From contig NC_058368.1 of NCBI RefSeq assembly GCF_018350175.1, positions 216,320,001 through 216,384,000 on the forward strand: a stretch of DNA of 64,000 nt, given 5' to 3'. The notes beneath the pieces are model-generated. The model saw only the letters and a list, made by a program, of their open reading frames with translations. It was not told the DNA's origin and ran no database searches. The stretch is from Felis catus. Taxonomy: Eukaryota. The position numbers were made by a program, and so were the translations under genes. Position 1 is the first letter of the stretch. Each line of letters begins with the position of its first letter. Positions 13,481-26,350 of this stretch are shown piece by piece.

Positions 13481-13720
13481 AAGAAAATATGCTCATTAAG
13501 CAGAACGTTGAGCACTTGATTTCACTGACCCTTTTTCCCCAAGGATAGATGGTCTGAAATAAGATATAAAATGATAATATTTTGGCAATAATTTACAAAA
13601 ATAGTCTGGGACTAAATAAGAACATATGCAGGTAGGCTCTAAGAAGATGTATGTAGATGATGCTCTTGAAAGTGTTTCAGTCTTAAAGTATGCGTGTTTC
13701 ATTGTCAAGTGAGTGACATC

Positions 13721-14100
13721 TGTTACAACCTCCAGAGGAAAAGTCTCACTTCTTCAAGGGCAACGGTCCCTCACGTCAGCCTACTCACACAGCACTGGAT
13801 GAAAAGACACTTCACTCACATAGAGGAGAGAGAGAGCAAAATCAGGTTCAACAGTGGATTTGGTCTTTAATGGCCAAGGTCCCATGGCCAAGGCACCTCT
13901 GTCATGCTGCAAGCAAAGGACCCTATTCCCTCTTTGCTCGGAACGCATGTAGCACTGGCAAGGTGTCATAGAGCGATAAATCCAGCACAGGCTGTGAGCA
14001 CTTTATGTCTCTGTTAGAAAGTGTTACAAACTCAGGGTCCATTCTTACGTGGCTGAGCAGATGTCAATACACTACATGAGACTGCCTTTCCTGTGACCCA
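13721..14100. mobile_element. Old LTR-like fragment (family not identified)
   Basis: TG start, higher GC, next to the ERVL-like remnant; no motif firmly recognised. Confidence 0.3.
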
Positions 14101-14159
14101 TGTAAATGCTTTCCAAATGCCCTACTGAAGAAGAGATTCTTAATAATCTGTCCTATGAT

Positions 14160-14890
14160 ATCAATCAACTTTTTCTTTCATGATACAAGGATTTGATTAA
14201 TGGCCCCATGAACAGTGTGGGAAGAATTCCAGAAAGATCGTATGTGTTCAATATTATGAACTTCCCTCCATAAAGTCTGTTCTAAGTGCCCATCATGGAA
14301 CCCACTCTAAGATACCATAACCTAAAGGAGACAATCATTTCCTTTATAATGGTAATGACACTAAGTAGATTCCATTATAGATTATAGAAGTAGGAGATGA
14401 GAGGATGAACTATTATCTACTCTGTTGAATAGTATATGTATATAAGCTCTCAGTTTCCTACTTTCAGTAGTTCCTACTTGTAGTCTCACCATCTGTGGTA
14501 TCCCACATATGAACACAAGGTGGAATTCTAAGAAAAATGTAAAGCAATGTGTCAGTTCCCATGTATTAAGTGGTCACTATTTTAAGTTATACATCGGAAG
14601 AACCTGGAACTATACAATGGAACATGGTCTCTTGAAGATTTGATCATAGTGCCACTTGGGAGAAAATGCACTTTTGGAGACTGAGGTATTGTCCTAAAGG
14701 GATTTTTATATAATCCTAAGTTAACATTTGTTTCATTTCTTTCATCACCAAAGTACACAGATCCTGAAACCGAGGGGAGAACACTACTTATAATTAAATT
14801 TAATGATCTACACGTGAATTTTGGCATCTTCCTCATGACTGTGAGCCCTGCTGAGTTAGTAATTTTTAATGCCCAAATTGGAATCTATCA
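14160..14890 (+). mobile_element. ERVL-class internal remnant (integrase region)
   Basis: caatggaac..ggtctcttgaag at 14615-14637 encodes a frameshifted QWN-GLLK integrase motif; surrounding text resembles ERVL pol. Confidence 0.55.
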
Positions 14891-16572
14891 GGTACATCAG
14901 AAATTGCTAATTGTATTTGCTGGGTTTTTAAAAATTATTTTTTAATTGTTTTATATTTATTTGTGCCATAGAAGTTCTTCGTGCCAAGAAGATATCATTT
15001 AAAAATAGAATATAAAAATGGTTACCCTATGCCTCAAAAATCTAGAAAGTTCACCAGATACACTCTGACAAAATTAAATGAAGGGAGCCCATAGTAGGAA
15101 ATCTCTATTTCTGCATGCAAACCATATTATCATAATGTTTCTCAAAAAATTAAAAATCTCTGTGAACTAATCTTTAAATCTCAGCTAAAGGAAGTTAAGC
15201 TAGGCTGAACTGGACTTCTGTAGGAATACTTATATTTATCAGGGAAAAGAAAAAAAATGACATATTCTTCATGATTTTAAGATATTTCACTAAAACTAGG
15301 TAAAATGTGATTTCATAATAAGTTAATATGCTAGAAAAAATATGTATAGGCTAGCAAATCTAGAAGTCTTATCAATCTGACAATGATTCTTGTATAGGAA
15401 AACAAATTACTGGTGTGAGAGACTATAGCCAATTCCGCTGTAGAGAAACCTCAAATATCCCTAATGGTATAGCATTGAATATCGTGGGCAGTGGATAGAT
15501 TGCTTGCAAAACATACTGCGAACTTGCACACTTGTTTAAATAATGCCAGTTAAGTGTCATATACAGTATAATATATTGAAAATTTATGAACTCAGAACCC
15601 AGACAGTATGTATGCATGGAGAAGTTTCAGTGGAATCCTTTTCAGTAATGATATACAGCATTAATAGCCTCATTGCAGCTCAATGGACTTCAATGATGTC
15701 TCAACTGAGGCATTTCCAAACTTGGCCTGAACTAGTGCACATGGATTTGGCATGTGAGCGATCTTGCTGGCAATTTCAGATGATGGTAGAAAAGACTGAG
15801 AGAGGGAAAGTCCCTGTGACAGGCAATTGAAAAGTGATGCTGACAGTGAGTGAGTGGAAATAGAAATAATGGTTTGGGTAGCTTTTCTATACAAAGCTTT
15901 TCCTGAAGACATGCATGTCAACACACTGTTCTGCCGATTAGGCACTAGAGCTCAACAGGTCCCTGGTGGTAAGAAAGAAGACCATATTCCTCCATAAATA
16001 AAGGCTACAGAGCATAATAAAGAAAGAGGTTTGTGCTAATGGCATAGAGCATTAAGACTATTTCAAGATAGCACAAACTGAAATCATTGGAGCCTCCAAC
16101 TACTTGGATCATGTGAATTTGGGAGGATGAGAATGAGTGAGTAGACATCTCCGAGAAGGAATTAGGATGCCTTGATTTAAAATCATGTACGTATAATTAC
16201 GGTTTATCCAGAAATACAGGAAGAGTGATGGAGAGATCTGACTCTGTGGAGCTTGGTTATAGGCAATATTCTTGGTCTCATATTTGGTTATCTTTTCCAG
16301 TTTCTTTCTCTGTTTAAGACTGTATTCATGATGTTAAAATGTTACGATTTAGTTATTTTTAAGTTTCATCATTTTAATTTATTATATGAACAGTTATACT
16401 CAATACTGTATGTGATCCCACTTGTTACTGGTGAGATTACTTCTGAAAAGGATGTTAACTGTTTCTGTAAAGCTATTGGAATATATATCCATATATCCAT
16501 ATATCCATATACATATATGGATATATATGTATGTACATATATGTGTGTGTGCGTGTATACACACACACACAT

Positions 16573-16698
16573 ATTTTTTTAAGTAGACTTCACACCCAGC
16601 ACAGAGCCGAATGTGGGGTTGGACTCACCACCCTGAGATCAAGACCTGAACTGAGATCAAGATCAGACACTTAACCAACTGGGTCACCCAAGTGCCCC
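16573..16698 (-). mobile_element. Short (CT-less) CanSINE with adjacent AT/GT microsatellite
   Basis: Reverse tRNA-like head ending gtgcccc; imperfect flanking repeat ctat(t)tgga(a)tatata. Confidence 0.85.
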
Positions 16699-16769
16699 TA
16701 TTTGGATATATATACTACAGTACAAGCCTTAAAATCTCTTGATTTAACTTAGGCATTTCAAGAGTTTTG

Positions 16770-16970
16770 CATGAGTTAGCCAGTGTCTCATCTTTGTAAC
16801 AAGCCCATGAGACAGGAACTATTTTTTATTTCCATTTTATGGATAAGAAAATGGAGACAAAGAAAGGTTGAGCCCTAAGCTGACACCCTCAGCTGGTGGA
16901 GACAGAGTCCAGGATCACACCCCTCCAGACTAGCTCCTTAGTCTAAATTTACCCTCCATGCTACACAGCT
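16770..16970 (-). mobile_element. MIR
   Basis: ccattttatggataagaaaatggagac..aggtt core. Confidence 0.7.
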
Positions 16971-17013
16971 TCATGAGTTTAACACAATATATGCACTTGT
17001 ACAGTTCATCTTA

Positions 17014-17240
17014 GGGGTGCCTGGGTGGCTCAGTTAAGCATCTAACTTGAGCTCAGGTCATGATCTCATAGTTCATGGATTTGAGCCCCGCATTGGGCTC
17101 TGTTTTTGCAACTCGGAGCCTGGATCCTGCTTCAGATTCTGTGTCTCCCTCTCTCTCTTTTCCTTTCCTGCTCGCACTTTGTCTCTCTCTGTCTCTCTCT
17201 CTCTCTCTCAAAAATAAATAAAATAAACATTAAAAAAAGA
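17014..17240 (+). mobile_element. CanSINE
   Basis: TSD agtt(c/t)atctt at 17003-17012 and 17241-17250. Confidence 0.95.
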
Positions 17241-18444
17241 AGTTTATCTTGCAGAGAGGTGCGTTATGAATATTAATTACATGGGAAATATTTATGATTG
17301 ATATTCACTATAATCACATGTATTAAAATGAATAGGAAAAAAATCCCTGGAAATATACTACCTATGGCTGCTGCTCGATGACAGGATTATGGTAGGTTTT
17401 ATTCTTTATACATTTGTGCACTTCCTGAGTCTTCTTGTCCAATAAACATATATTATTTTATAAGGAGCAAAGCAAAAATAAAAATGCTTTTATCCATTGC
17501 TTTATGGCTTACTTCAGTCTAGCTAAAATATTAATTACCTTCAATGGCTGCACAGAGAAAGACAGTAACATTTGAAACCTTCTATTATTTTCGTAAGGTA
17601 GTTTTGTAACACCAAGAACAAAATGCCTCATGTCGATAGGTTCTTAATAAATGACAGTGAAAGGGCTAATTTTCCTGCAGTAGATAACTGTGGCCAGCTG
17701 CAGGCTAAGTGATGATTTTCATGAAGAACTTGACTGCAGAAGCCAAACTTGCCTGGTAGATGGAAGCATTATACACACACAGATACCCTGTTCGTGGGTG
17801 ACTCTGATCAACCAATTAAGAAACTGTTCTCTTGAAGTTATTTTTTGTAGTATGATAATTTAGGTTTTTATCAAATAACAAATGCACTGTTTTTCCTTCC
17901 GTGCTTTACTTTCCTGATAATCTTGCCATTTTAATTCAGAAACATAGAATTTGCAAACACATTATATTTTGTGCGATTTTTCAGATTCTTGTAAATAGAT
18001 ATTCGAGCCAGTCGTCTATTGTATGACTTCATGAATGAAACACGCTTGAGGGTAACTTAAAAAGATTAATTGTAACCAAATTTCAGTTGGCTTGTTCAAA
18101 ACTGGATCCAACATACTCATCAAATTTCAGTCGGATAATTCACTCAGTGTGTGTCTTATTAACAATCTAAAGATATTTCTAGTCCTTTCTAGGAAACATA
18201 CCACTAGAAATTTTACTGAAATTTGCATGATATGTAGTAATCAATCTGTCTTAATTTTAATTTTACTCTAAATAATTAAATAGTGTGTTTAAGCATAAAG
18301 ATAATTATAATGAAATAAGATTCATGTCCCTGCAATGGTTATTAAGTTGTAAACTAAACTAAGCCTAATTATTCTTGGCTAAGAAAATAAAGGATGGCAA
18401 TACATTCTAAAAGTACCCTCTACCTTGAAAGACTTAGAGTTTTA

Positions 18445-18683
18445 TTTTGTTTAAAAAAAAAAACATTTAATGTTTATTTATTTTTGAGAGAGAGACACAG
18501 ACACACATAGCGTGAGCAGAGGAGGGGCAGAGAGAGAGGGAGACAAAGAATCCGAAGCCGACTCCAGGCTCCAGGCTCTGAGCTGTCAGCTCAGACCCTG
18601 ACACAGGGCTCAAACCCACAAACGGTGACATCATGACCTGAGTGGAAGTCTGACACTTAACAGACTGAGCCACCCAAGAGCTC
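18445..18683 (-). mobile_element. CanSINE
   Basis: Perfect 19-bp TSD tgaaagacttagagtttta at 18426-18444 and 18684-18702. Confidence 0.96.
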
Positions 18684-19168
18684 TGAAAGACTTAGAGTTT
18701 TAACAAATATTCAATATACATCAAGAATCTTGCTGGAGTCATTAGAATACCTTTATGTATTATTTATTTTCCTTTGACTCTATGTTTTATCTTGTCTTCT
18801 AGAACTTACTGAGGTTCCTGACACATCAAGGGTCTTTTGCGTCACAGCCTCACCTCCGTGAGAAGATATTCTATTGTTTGAATTTCTCTTACCACAAGTT
18901 GCATTGACATTTTCTTACATTCCCCAAGAACATACATTTTGAACTTTGAAAAAAAAATGACAAATCACTTAGCAATGGCATTTGAACATGACTGTCTTTT
19001 CCCCTCACGTTCTTGAAACTATTAGGTAGAATTAAATGGCAATATTTAGCTGTCTCCTGGAAGAAAAATAAAGTCAGTACTACAATTTTTTTTTACCATT
19101 TCTTGCAATTAATTTATTCATTCAACCAAAAAAGTATTGAGTACCTACAATGTGTCAGTCAGAATTCT

Positions 19169-19306
19169 TTTCTTTTTAAATTTTTAAAATTTTATTTAAA
19201 TCCAAGTTAGTTCACATATAGTGTAATAATGATTTCAGGAGTAGAATTTAGTGATGCAACACTTGTAAATAACACCCAGTGTTCGTCCCAACAAGCACCC
19301 TCCTTC
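19169..19306 (-). mobile_element. Severely 5'-truncated carnivore L1 3' end, inserted in an L2 tail
   Basis: Poly-T then aacacccagtgttcgtcccaacaagcaccctc (antisense to the L1 3'UTR also seen at ~35935-35970); 16-bp TSD tgtcagtcagaattct at 19153-19168 and 19307-19322. Confidence 0.88.
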
Positions 19307-19640
19307 TGTCAGTCAGAATTCTAAGCATTAAAGATAAAGCAGGATCCAAAATAGGCAAATCTTTTACATGAATTGGTTCTTTGAAAATTACATGTTGTTT
19401 TCAAATTGTTGTTTCTCCATTTTATACATAGATTTATTTAAAAATTGCATTGTCATTACTTACATACAATTTTTTTAAAAAATTGTAACCTTGACCTCCT
19501 TATGAAGGTTTTTCTTTTACTTGCATATTTTAAAATGCCTAGAAAAACCCTGGAAAGAAATGTCAGTAAGTAATGATAATATGATTATCTCAATCAATTA
19601 TATATTTATTGCCACTTTATTAAGAATTGGATTTGTATAT

Positions 19641-19872
19641 TCTGTCTCTCTCTCAAAAATAAATAAAGATTAAATTTTTTTTTTAAAAAAAAGGATGCCT
19701 GGGTAGTTCAGTAGGTCAACCTTCCAACTTTTTCTCAGGTCATGTTCTACTGGTTCCTGAGTTCGAACTCCTCATCAGGTTCTGTGTAGTCTGGAGCCTG
19801 TTTTTTGGATTCTGTGTCTCCCATTCTCTCTGTTCCTCCCCCAACCCCCCCTCTAAAAAATTAATAAAACTA
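19641..19872 (+). mobile_element. Composite CanSINE (orphan tail followed by a full element)
   Basis: Tail at 19641-19692, full SINE at 19693-19872; outer TSD aagaattggatttgt at 19622-19636 and 19873-19887. Confidence 0.88.
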
Positions 19873-19968
19873 AAGAATTGGATTTGTGTTTTATCAAAAT
19901 CCATTTAATATTTAGAAATTCAGCAAAATACATGTTTTGTAAGGTACTGAATATTAAGCTATGCTTTC

Positions 19969-20192
19969 ATTTTTATTCTTTTTTTTTTTTTTTTTTTTTT
20001 TTTTAAGAGTGAGAGAATGTCAGCAGTGGTGGGGCAGAGAGGGGCGGAGAGAGAAAGAATCCCAAGCAGGTTCTGTGCTGTCAATGCAGAGCCCCTCCCC
20101 CCCTGGAGATGGGGCTTGATTCCACCATGAGATCATCACCTGAGGGGAAATCAAGAGTCGGTCGCTTAACTGACTGAGCCACTCAGGAGCTT
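19969..20192 (-). mobile_element. CanSINE (older subfamily)
   Basis: TSD ctatgctttc at 19959-19968 and 20193-20202. Confidence 0.92.
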
Positions 20193-20698
20193 CTATGCTT
20201 TCTTTCTTTCTTTTCTTTTCTTTCTTTCTTTCTTTTTTTTTTTTCCCTAAATCCCTCTCAGTACTACTGATTGGGCCAACATATTCACCAATTAAATATT
20301 CATTGCAGGCTTACTCTTTCTCTTTTTTTTTTTGCATTATACTTTAGCCTATAATTTGAGAACATTTTTTAAGAAGAAAAATTCTTACAAAATTTTTCAA
20401 TTTGGAGGGATGAATTTGCTAGCTATTGCTTTATAAAAGCTATCTTAAATGTCAGTAGCCTAAAATAACCTCCAGCAATTGCTAACATTTCTACACAAGT
20501 TTTCTTCCAAGTTAGCAATTAACTGTAGGTCAAGTGAGTGGTCCTGTCCATCTGGTAGGGCCTCTCTGTTAGAAGGGGAGCTGGTCTAGAATGGTCTCCA
20601 TTCAGACTGCTGGATTCTTCTCCACATAATCTCACATAGAATATTTGCAACTTACCTATGGCTTTGAATGAAAAACTTTTTTTTTAAACTGAATTTGG

Positions 20699-20912
20699 GG
20701 GGCGCCTGGGTGGTGCAGTCGGTTAAGCGTCTGACTTCAGCCAGGTCACGATCTCGCGGTCCGTGAGTTCGAGCCCCGCGTCGGGCTCTGGGCTGATGGC
20801 TCAGAGCCTGGAGCCTGTTTCTGATTCTGTGTCTCCCTCTCTCTCTGCCCCTCCCCCGTTCATGCTCTGTCTCTCTCTGTCCCCAAAAATAAATAAATGT
20901 TGAAAAAAAAAA
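20699..20912 (+). mobile_element. Young felid SINE (SINEC_Fc-type)
   Basis: CpGs intact, cagccaggtcacgatctcgcggtccgtg and gggctgatggc diagnostic text; TSD ttaaactgaattt. Confidence 0.97.
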
Positions 20913-21385
20913 TTAAACTGAATTTGGGCATGTTTGTTATACAGCAATAGCTACCTGATTCGGGAATTGTTCAGCGGGGGATGATGTCATACCAGAAACC
21001 TAGAATATGTGGCATTGACTCCCTGACTTTCAATGGGCAGAGGTTGAAACATGCAAAGTCCATCATTAGTGAAGTCTGCAAAAGTGTGAAGATGTAATTG
21101 GAGGCTGGTAAAATGGAAACCTGTGATATGTAATAGCACAGCAGCTGGTGAAATGTTTAACAGGAAATTTTAATGATCGAAGCTGTATCGTAAACATCTG
21201 AGTTTGACTCAGAGGATCGCCAGGTAGAATACTGAAAACGTCAGCTAATTGCTCTGAACTGTGTATAACTGCAAGAAAGAGAGGAGCTGAAAAAAGTGGC
21301 CAGTTTGTACTTTAAATAGGAAAGAAATGTAAAGAGGTAAGGTCTTGTTAGGTTAGGAAATAGTTTCTCATTTGCAGCCTCTCAA
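20913..21385 (+). mobile_element. MaLR LTR 3' end followed by MLT1 internal sequence
   Basis: tttgttatacagcaatagcta LTR end, then acctagaatatgtggcattg..gggcagaggttg..attggaggctgg MLT-int text. Confidence 0.65.
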
Positions 21386-21659
21386 TCCCTCTTCAAGGTT
21401 AGATTTTTCTTAACATTTCCTTAGAAGAGCACTTAACATAATACCTTGTGTGTATAATTATAGGAACCTCAGTTAGTAATTCTCAAAGAAATTAATGTGA
21501 TGAGTCCAGATTTCCATTTTTTAAATACAAAAGATTAAAGCAGGATGGCTGCATGAGAAAGTTTTTTGAAGTTTCTTCAAACAGATAAGACATAATTAGA
21601 GCTAGTGACTGCAAAGATGTCTTGTTTTTTTTCATTTTGGATTTATCTCCTCTAAAGCT

Positions 21660-21900
21660 TCATTCATTCAAGCATTCATTCATTCATTCATTCATTCATT
21701 TGTTTTCAATACACTCTTCTGAGGATATTCTGGTGCAGAGTGGTCAGGATAGAGTATGTAAACTTTGCAATTTTTCATTCAGCATCGTGCATTCTAAAAG
21801 AGAGAGACAATCAATCAGATTGTCAATCATTCTAAAAGAGAGAGCACAATCAATCAGAAGTGCTCAGACAGGAAATTGAGTAAGGTCTAACTGTGCTTCT
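21660..21900 (-). mobile_element. L2 3' end with (CATT)n
   Basis: (cattcatt)n at 21660-21700 followed by L2-like text. Confidence 0.55.
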
Positions 21901-22239
21901 GAGGGACAGAGCAGAGTTAAATCAAACTCTTATTACTGTTGTTGAATACCCCAAAGAGGCTCAGTGGTAAGGTGAAATACCATGTGAATTTTCTCTTAAA
22001 ATTTTTATTTAGTTTTGCCTGGTAATCCGTAAACGTACAGGTTAGTTTTGCTATGAAATATAATGTTTTAACTCTAAGGATATTGTAACTTGAAGAAACA
22101 ACACTGCATAAAAACGTGCAGAAAATAATCTTATCTTGGAAATTAACATTTAAGAATTATCATCTATCTTCAGTATTGTAATATGCAGTAGAAGACAGAA
22201 AGCAGAAGCCAGAGCATAACAGTAAGAAAATAAAAAGTA

Positions 22240-22430
22240 ACAAAATGCATTGGTTGTTTATTACATGCTAACCACAGTTTTCAACGTTTACATGTTAAGC
22301 GATGATCCTCCAAAAAAGATATGAATTAGTTATATTATTACCATTTATAAATGAGAAAACTGAAGGAGAGAGTGGAAAGGCAGAGTAAGAAGTAGAGCCT
22401 AGATCAAAATGCAGTCTAATTATGGAGAAG
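22240..22430 (-). mobile_element. MIR
   Basis: attattaccatttataaatgagaaaactgaag core. Confidence 0.6.
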
Positions 22431-22691
22431 ATATTAAGTTCTACTTCTTTTGTTTTGTATGAATCAACTCAGTATATTTGTCCTATATGCAATAAAAACC
22501 CTTCAAAGAATATTTTGTTTATCTGTTTTAAAATTTCTCTTTTAACTAGTTATCAGTTTCTCTGAACTTTTCTTCTACTACATTGTTTGTTTAATAATTA
22601 TTGTTTTAATTTTATTTTGTTGCGTTTTTATATATTTTACTTCTCTTTTGATATACTCCATCTTATTACACTTTTTGCTTGTCTTTCCTCA

Positions 22692-22933
22692 TTTTATTTT
22701 TTTTAATATTTTTTAATGTCTATTTATTTATTTTGAGAGAGAGAGTGTGTGTGTCTACGTGTGCAGGAGCAGGGAAAGGGCAGAGAGAGACAGGGAGAGA
22801 GATCATCACAAGCAGGATCTGCACAAAACAGCTCAGAGCCTGACATGGGCCTGGATCTCAGAACCCTGAGATCATGACCTGAACTGAAAGCAAGACTCTG
22901 TTGCTTAACCAACTGTGCCCCCCCCAGGGACCT
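22692..22933 (-). mobile_element. CanSINE (older)
   Basis: Reverse CanSINE body. Confidence 0.9.
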
Positions 22934-23187
22934 GATCTCTCTCCATTTAAAAATGTTTTGTTTGTTTTTTCGTTTGTTTGTTTAATTCCGGTGTCTACAT
23001 CATCACTGGGTCTCTGTAGGTAAATTACTTTACCTCTTTGATTTTCTGATAATAATTTAGAGGTCGCACAGCAAACATTCCTTCAAGGCAATTCTTACTT
23101 GTTTGCTGGTTTGTTTCTTACTTACAGCCATTTATTATTAATGTTTGCGGCATAAGAAGTAGTAAAATCATTAACATTTTGTTTCTT

Positions 23188-23382
23188 GGGGTACTTGGGT
23201 GGCAAAGTCAGTTAAGCATCTGACTTCAGCTCAGGTCATGATTTCATGGTTCATGAGATCGATCCCCACATTGGGCTCTCTGCTATCAGCACAGAGCCCA
23301 CTTTGGATCCTCTGTCTCCTTCCTTCTCTGCTGCTCCCCTCCTCTCTCTCTCTCTCTCTCTCAAAAATCAATAAACATTAAT
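23188..23382 (+). mobile_element. CanSINE
   Basis: Head, CT tract, aataaa tail. Confidence 0.93.
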
Positions 23383-24002
23383 TTTTTTTTCTCATGAAAC
23401 AGTATTGGCCACATTCAATGCATTTTTATTTGCAATGTCCTCACAGTCACAGAGCAGATTTTTTAGCCCAAGAGCCAGTTTCAAACAGGGTTTAACTTCA
23501 TGCTCTACTTTCTGCCTATTTCTCTGAAACAAGTACAAAATCCATCACCACTTGAGAATGTCAATAAATAATTGGCTTATATTGAAAATCAAAATTTCAA
23601 CAAGGGTTGTTAAAAATGATAAAAGGTTGTTACAGTAATAATTTTTGGAATAGACAGGTTGCAAAAATGGATAATTACTTTGATAATACATTTCACTTTT
23701 AATGTCAAAGAAGGAAATATACAAACTAATGATAATTTGAAAAAATAATACAAAAGAGATATGGTCTAACTGATTAAAATATTGTGGCTAATAAATATAA
23801 ATAAACACAAGAAGGACTAATGAAATTAATACAATAAATTTATAGAAGAAATTAGTGAGATGTATAATTTCTAAAATTAGACAGTAAGTATGAAAATGCT
23901 TATTATTATTACATATGTTACTATGATGCTATTGGATCATCTGGTAATGTGCAGTTTTAATTTAAAGTAGTTAAATTAGAAGTTAACCTTAAAATTCTAC
24001 TC

Positions 24003-24180
24003 TTTTTTATTTTCCTTTTTTTTAATTTTTTTTTTTTTGAGAAAGAGAGTGTGAGCAGAGGAGGGACAGAGGAGAGTGTCACCCAGAATGGAGTGGACAA
24101 CATGGAGCTCGATCTCACACCATGAGATTATGATCCGAACCAAAATCAAGAGTTGGATGTTTGAGCCACCCAGGTACCCT
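24003..24180 (-). mobile_element. Diverged CanSINE
   Basis: Poly-T, GA tract, gagccacccagg end. Confidence 0.8.
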
Positions 24181-24187
24181 TAGAATT

Positions 24188-24347
24188 GTTTTTGTTGTTG
24201 TTGTTTGTTTTGTTTTGTTTTGTTTTTTTGGCAAGATTCACACCTAGTGCAGAACCCAACACAGGGCTTGAACTCATAACTCCGAGATTAAGACCTGAGC
24301 TGAAATCAAGTATCAGATGCTTAACCAACTGAGCCACCCAGGCACCT
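24188..24347 (-). mobile_element. Short CanSINE with (TTG/TTTTG)n tail
   Basis: gggcttgaactc..agacctgagctgaaatcaag..gagccacccaggcacc. Confidence 0.88.
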
Positions 24348-25678
24348 CACGGATTGCATTCTTAATGTAAAACTTAGGTAGACAGTTTCCATGGAAGTTT
24401 CCTATAAAATCTATAACAGATTGTTTCAAAACAGAATAGCATTAGTTTCTTTATTCCATATGTAAACTGTAGATGTATAAGTAACATTTATTTAGAGTTT
24501 AATGAAATCCAGCACCAAAATATTGAAATAGCAAAATAGTATTATTTAAATTCTAGTTGAAATAAAGATGTAATTAAATCAATGTCATAATTTACAAATG
24601 TCTTTGTTGCATTTACGTTTCAGTGAGCAGAGAGTTGCCAGATATCAACATGTGTTTCAGATGAATGCATTAAATGTTCCCCCTTATATAAATTAAAAAG
24701 AAAATAATATAGAAAAACATTACTGGTAGCGTTAAATTAAAACACTAGTTGAATATTTAAGGATATAATAAGGCATTAATATGTAAAATGAGATAAATTA
24801 TGTTAACATGAAAAGAATAGTTGCTATGCAAGCATACTATAGAATATTTATATACCATAAGAACCAGGGGGAAAAAAGATTAATTATTTATAATACTATA
24901 AAGCTATAATGGGTTCAAAAATATAATGGACTATAATACTGTAATCAGTTATTGTGAAATTAAATGTCAGCAAAAACCATTAGATTGTAGCTTAATTTTC
25001 CTAGGTGATAATTCAAACACAAATTACCATTTTGCATATTAAACCTACATAAATAACACTGTAGTTATTGCTCTGAAAAATTATATGTTACTACTGAATA
25101 GATTCAATAGTAAATTACCTACTTATTATTACTGCACAAAACTAATCTACCATACAAATACTCAACTCTATGAACATAGAAGTTGAAAGCCAAAAAGTAC
25201 TTTTAAAGTCAACCTTGAGTGCATTTTCCAAATGTGGAATATATATGATTATAACATATGATATCGCTTACTTATTTACTGTGAGAACCTGATTTGTACT
25301 TTTGTCTCTTTATGAAATAAAGAAAAAGATGCACTGACTGCCTTGCAACTCTGCATTGAGACTTCTCTCAGTCTTCTGTTTAACAACTTCTTGTCCTGGT
25401 TTCCTTTGTTTCTTTTTCAAGAAGAGAAAACAATGGGAAAAGAAACAAAGCAAATACTATCCAAGAAAAACTGCAAATGACGTGAATGCCCAGCAGTTGC
25501 CTAAAACAAGGAAAATATCCACATGGCTAGCAAATATAACTGTTCATTGTAATCTTTAGTAACTGGAAAAGGAAATTAAGGTTGCACATATACATAATTT
25601 GTATGTGTTAAAAATATATGTATGTGTACGCATATAAGTGAATGAGTATCAACCTTTAATAATTAAACTAGTAGATTT

Positions 25679-25774
25679 TTTTTTCATTTTTTAAATGAAA
25701 CATGGAATTTGAACTCACAACCGTGAGATCAACAGTCACATGCTCTACCAACTGAGCAGCAAGCCAGGAACCCC
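25679..25774 (-). mobile_element. Short tRNA-like SINE remnant
   Basis: ttgaactcacaaccgtgagatcaacagtcacatgctctaccaactgagc..gccagg with poly-T. Confidence 0.75.
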
Positions 25775-26117
25775 TAGAATTTTAAAAAGAAAAAAAAAAC
25801 CTCAGGAAAGTAATATATTTATTTGCATTATATATTATTATAAATATTTTAGAAAGTAATCTGCCCATGCCTGTTGAAATTAAATATATAGACCAACTGA
25901 CCTAATAACTCTCTATTGAAACTCTTTTTAGAACTCTTCTTTATAGAAATATCAATACAATAAAATAAATGCATATATTGTAAAAATAATATACATATAT
26001 ATTAGCTTGTTAGGGCTGCCAAAACAAAGTACCACAGACTGGATAGCTTAAAACTTTCGATGTATTTTCTCACCAGTTTGGAGTGTATAAGGTTGAGATA
26101 AAAGCATAGGCATGGTT

Positions 26118-26350
26118 GGGGCACCTGGGTGGCTCAGTCGGTTGAGCGTCTGACTTTGGCTCAGGTCATGATCTCACAGTTCGTGGGTTCGAGCCCTCCA
26201 TCGGGCTCTGTGCTGACAGCAGAGCCTGGAGCTTGCATTGGATTCTGTGTCTCCCTCTCTCTCTGCCCCTCCCCTGCTCATGCTCTGTCTCTCTCTGTCT
26301 CAAAAATAAATAAAACATTAAAAATTTTTTTAAATAAAAATATATATATA
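26118..26350 (+). mobile_element. CanSINE
   Basis: TSD aaaagcataggcatggtt on both sides. Confidence 0.96.

Noticed and set aside
25679..25774. tRNA gene
   Set aside because: Diverged tRNA-like SINE head with a poly-A tail; no intact acceptor stem visible.
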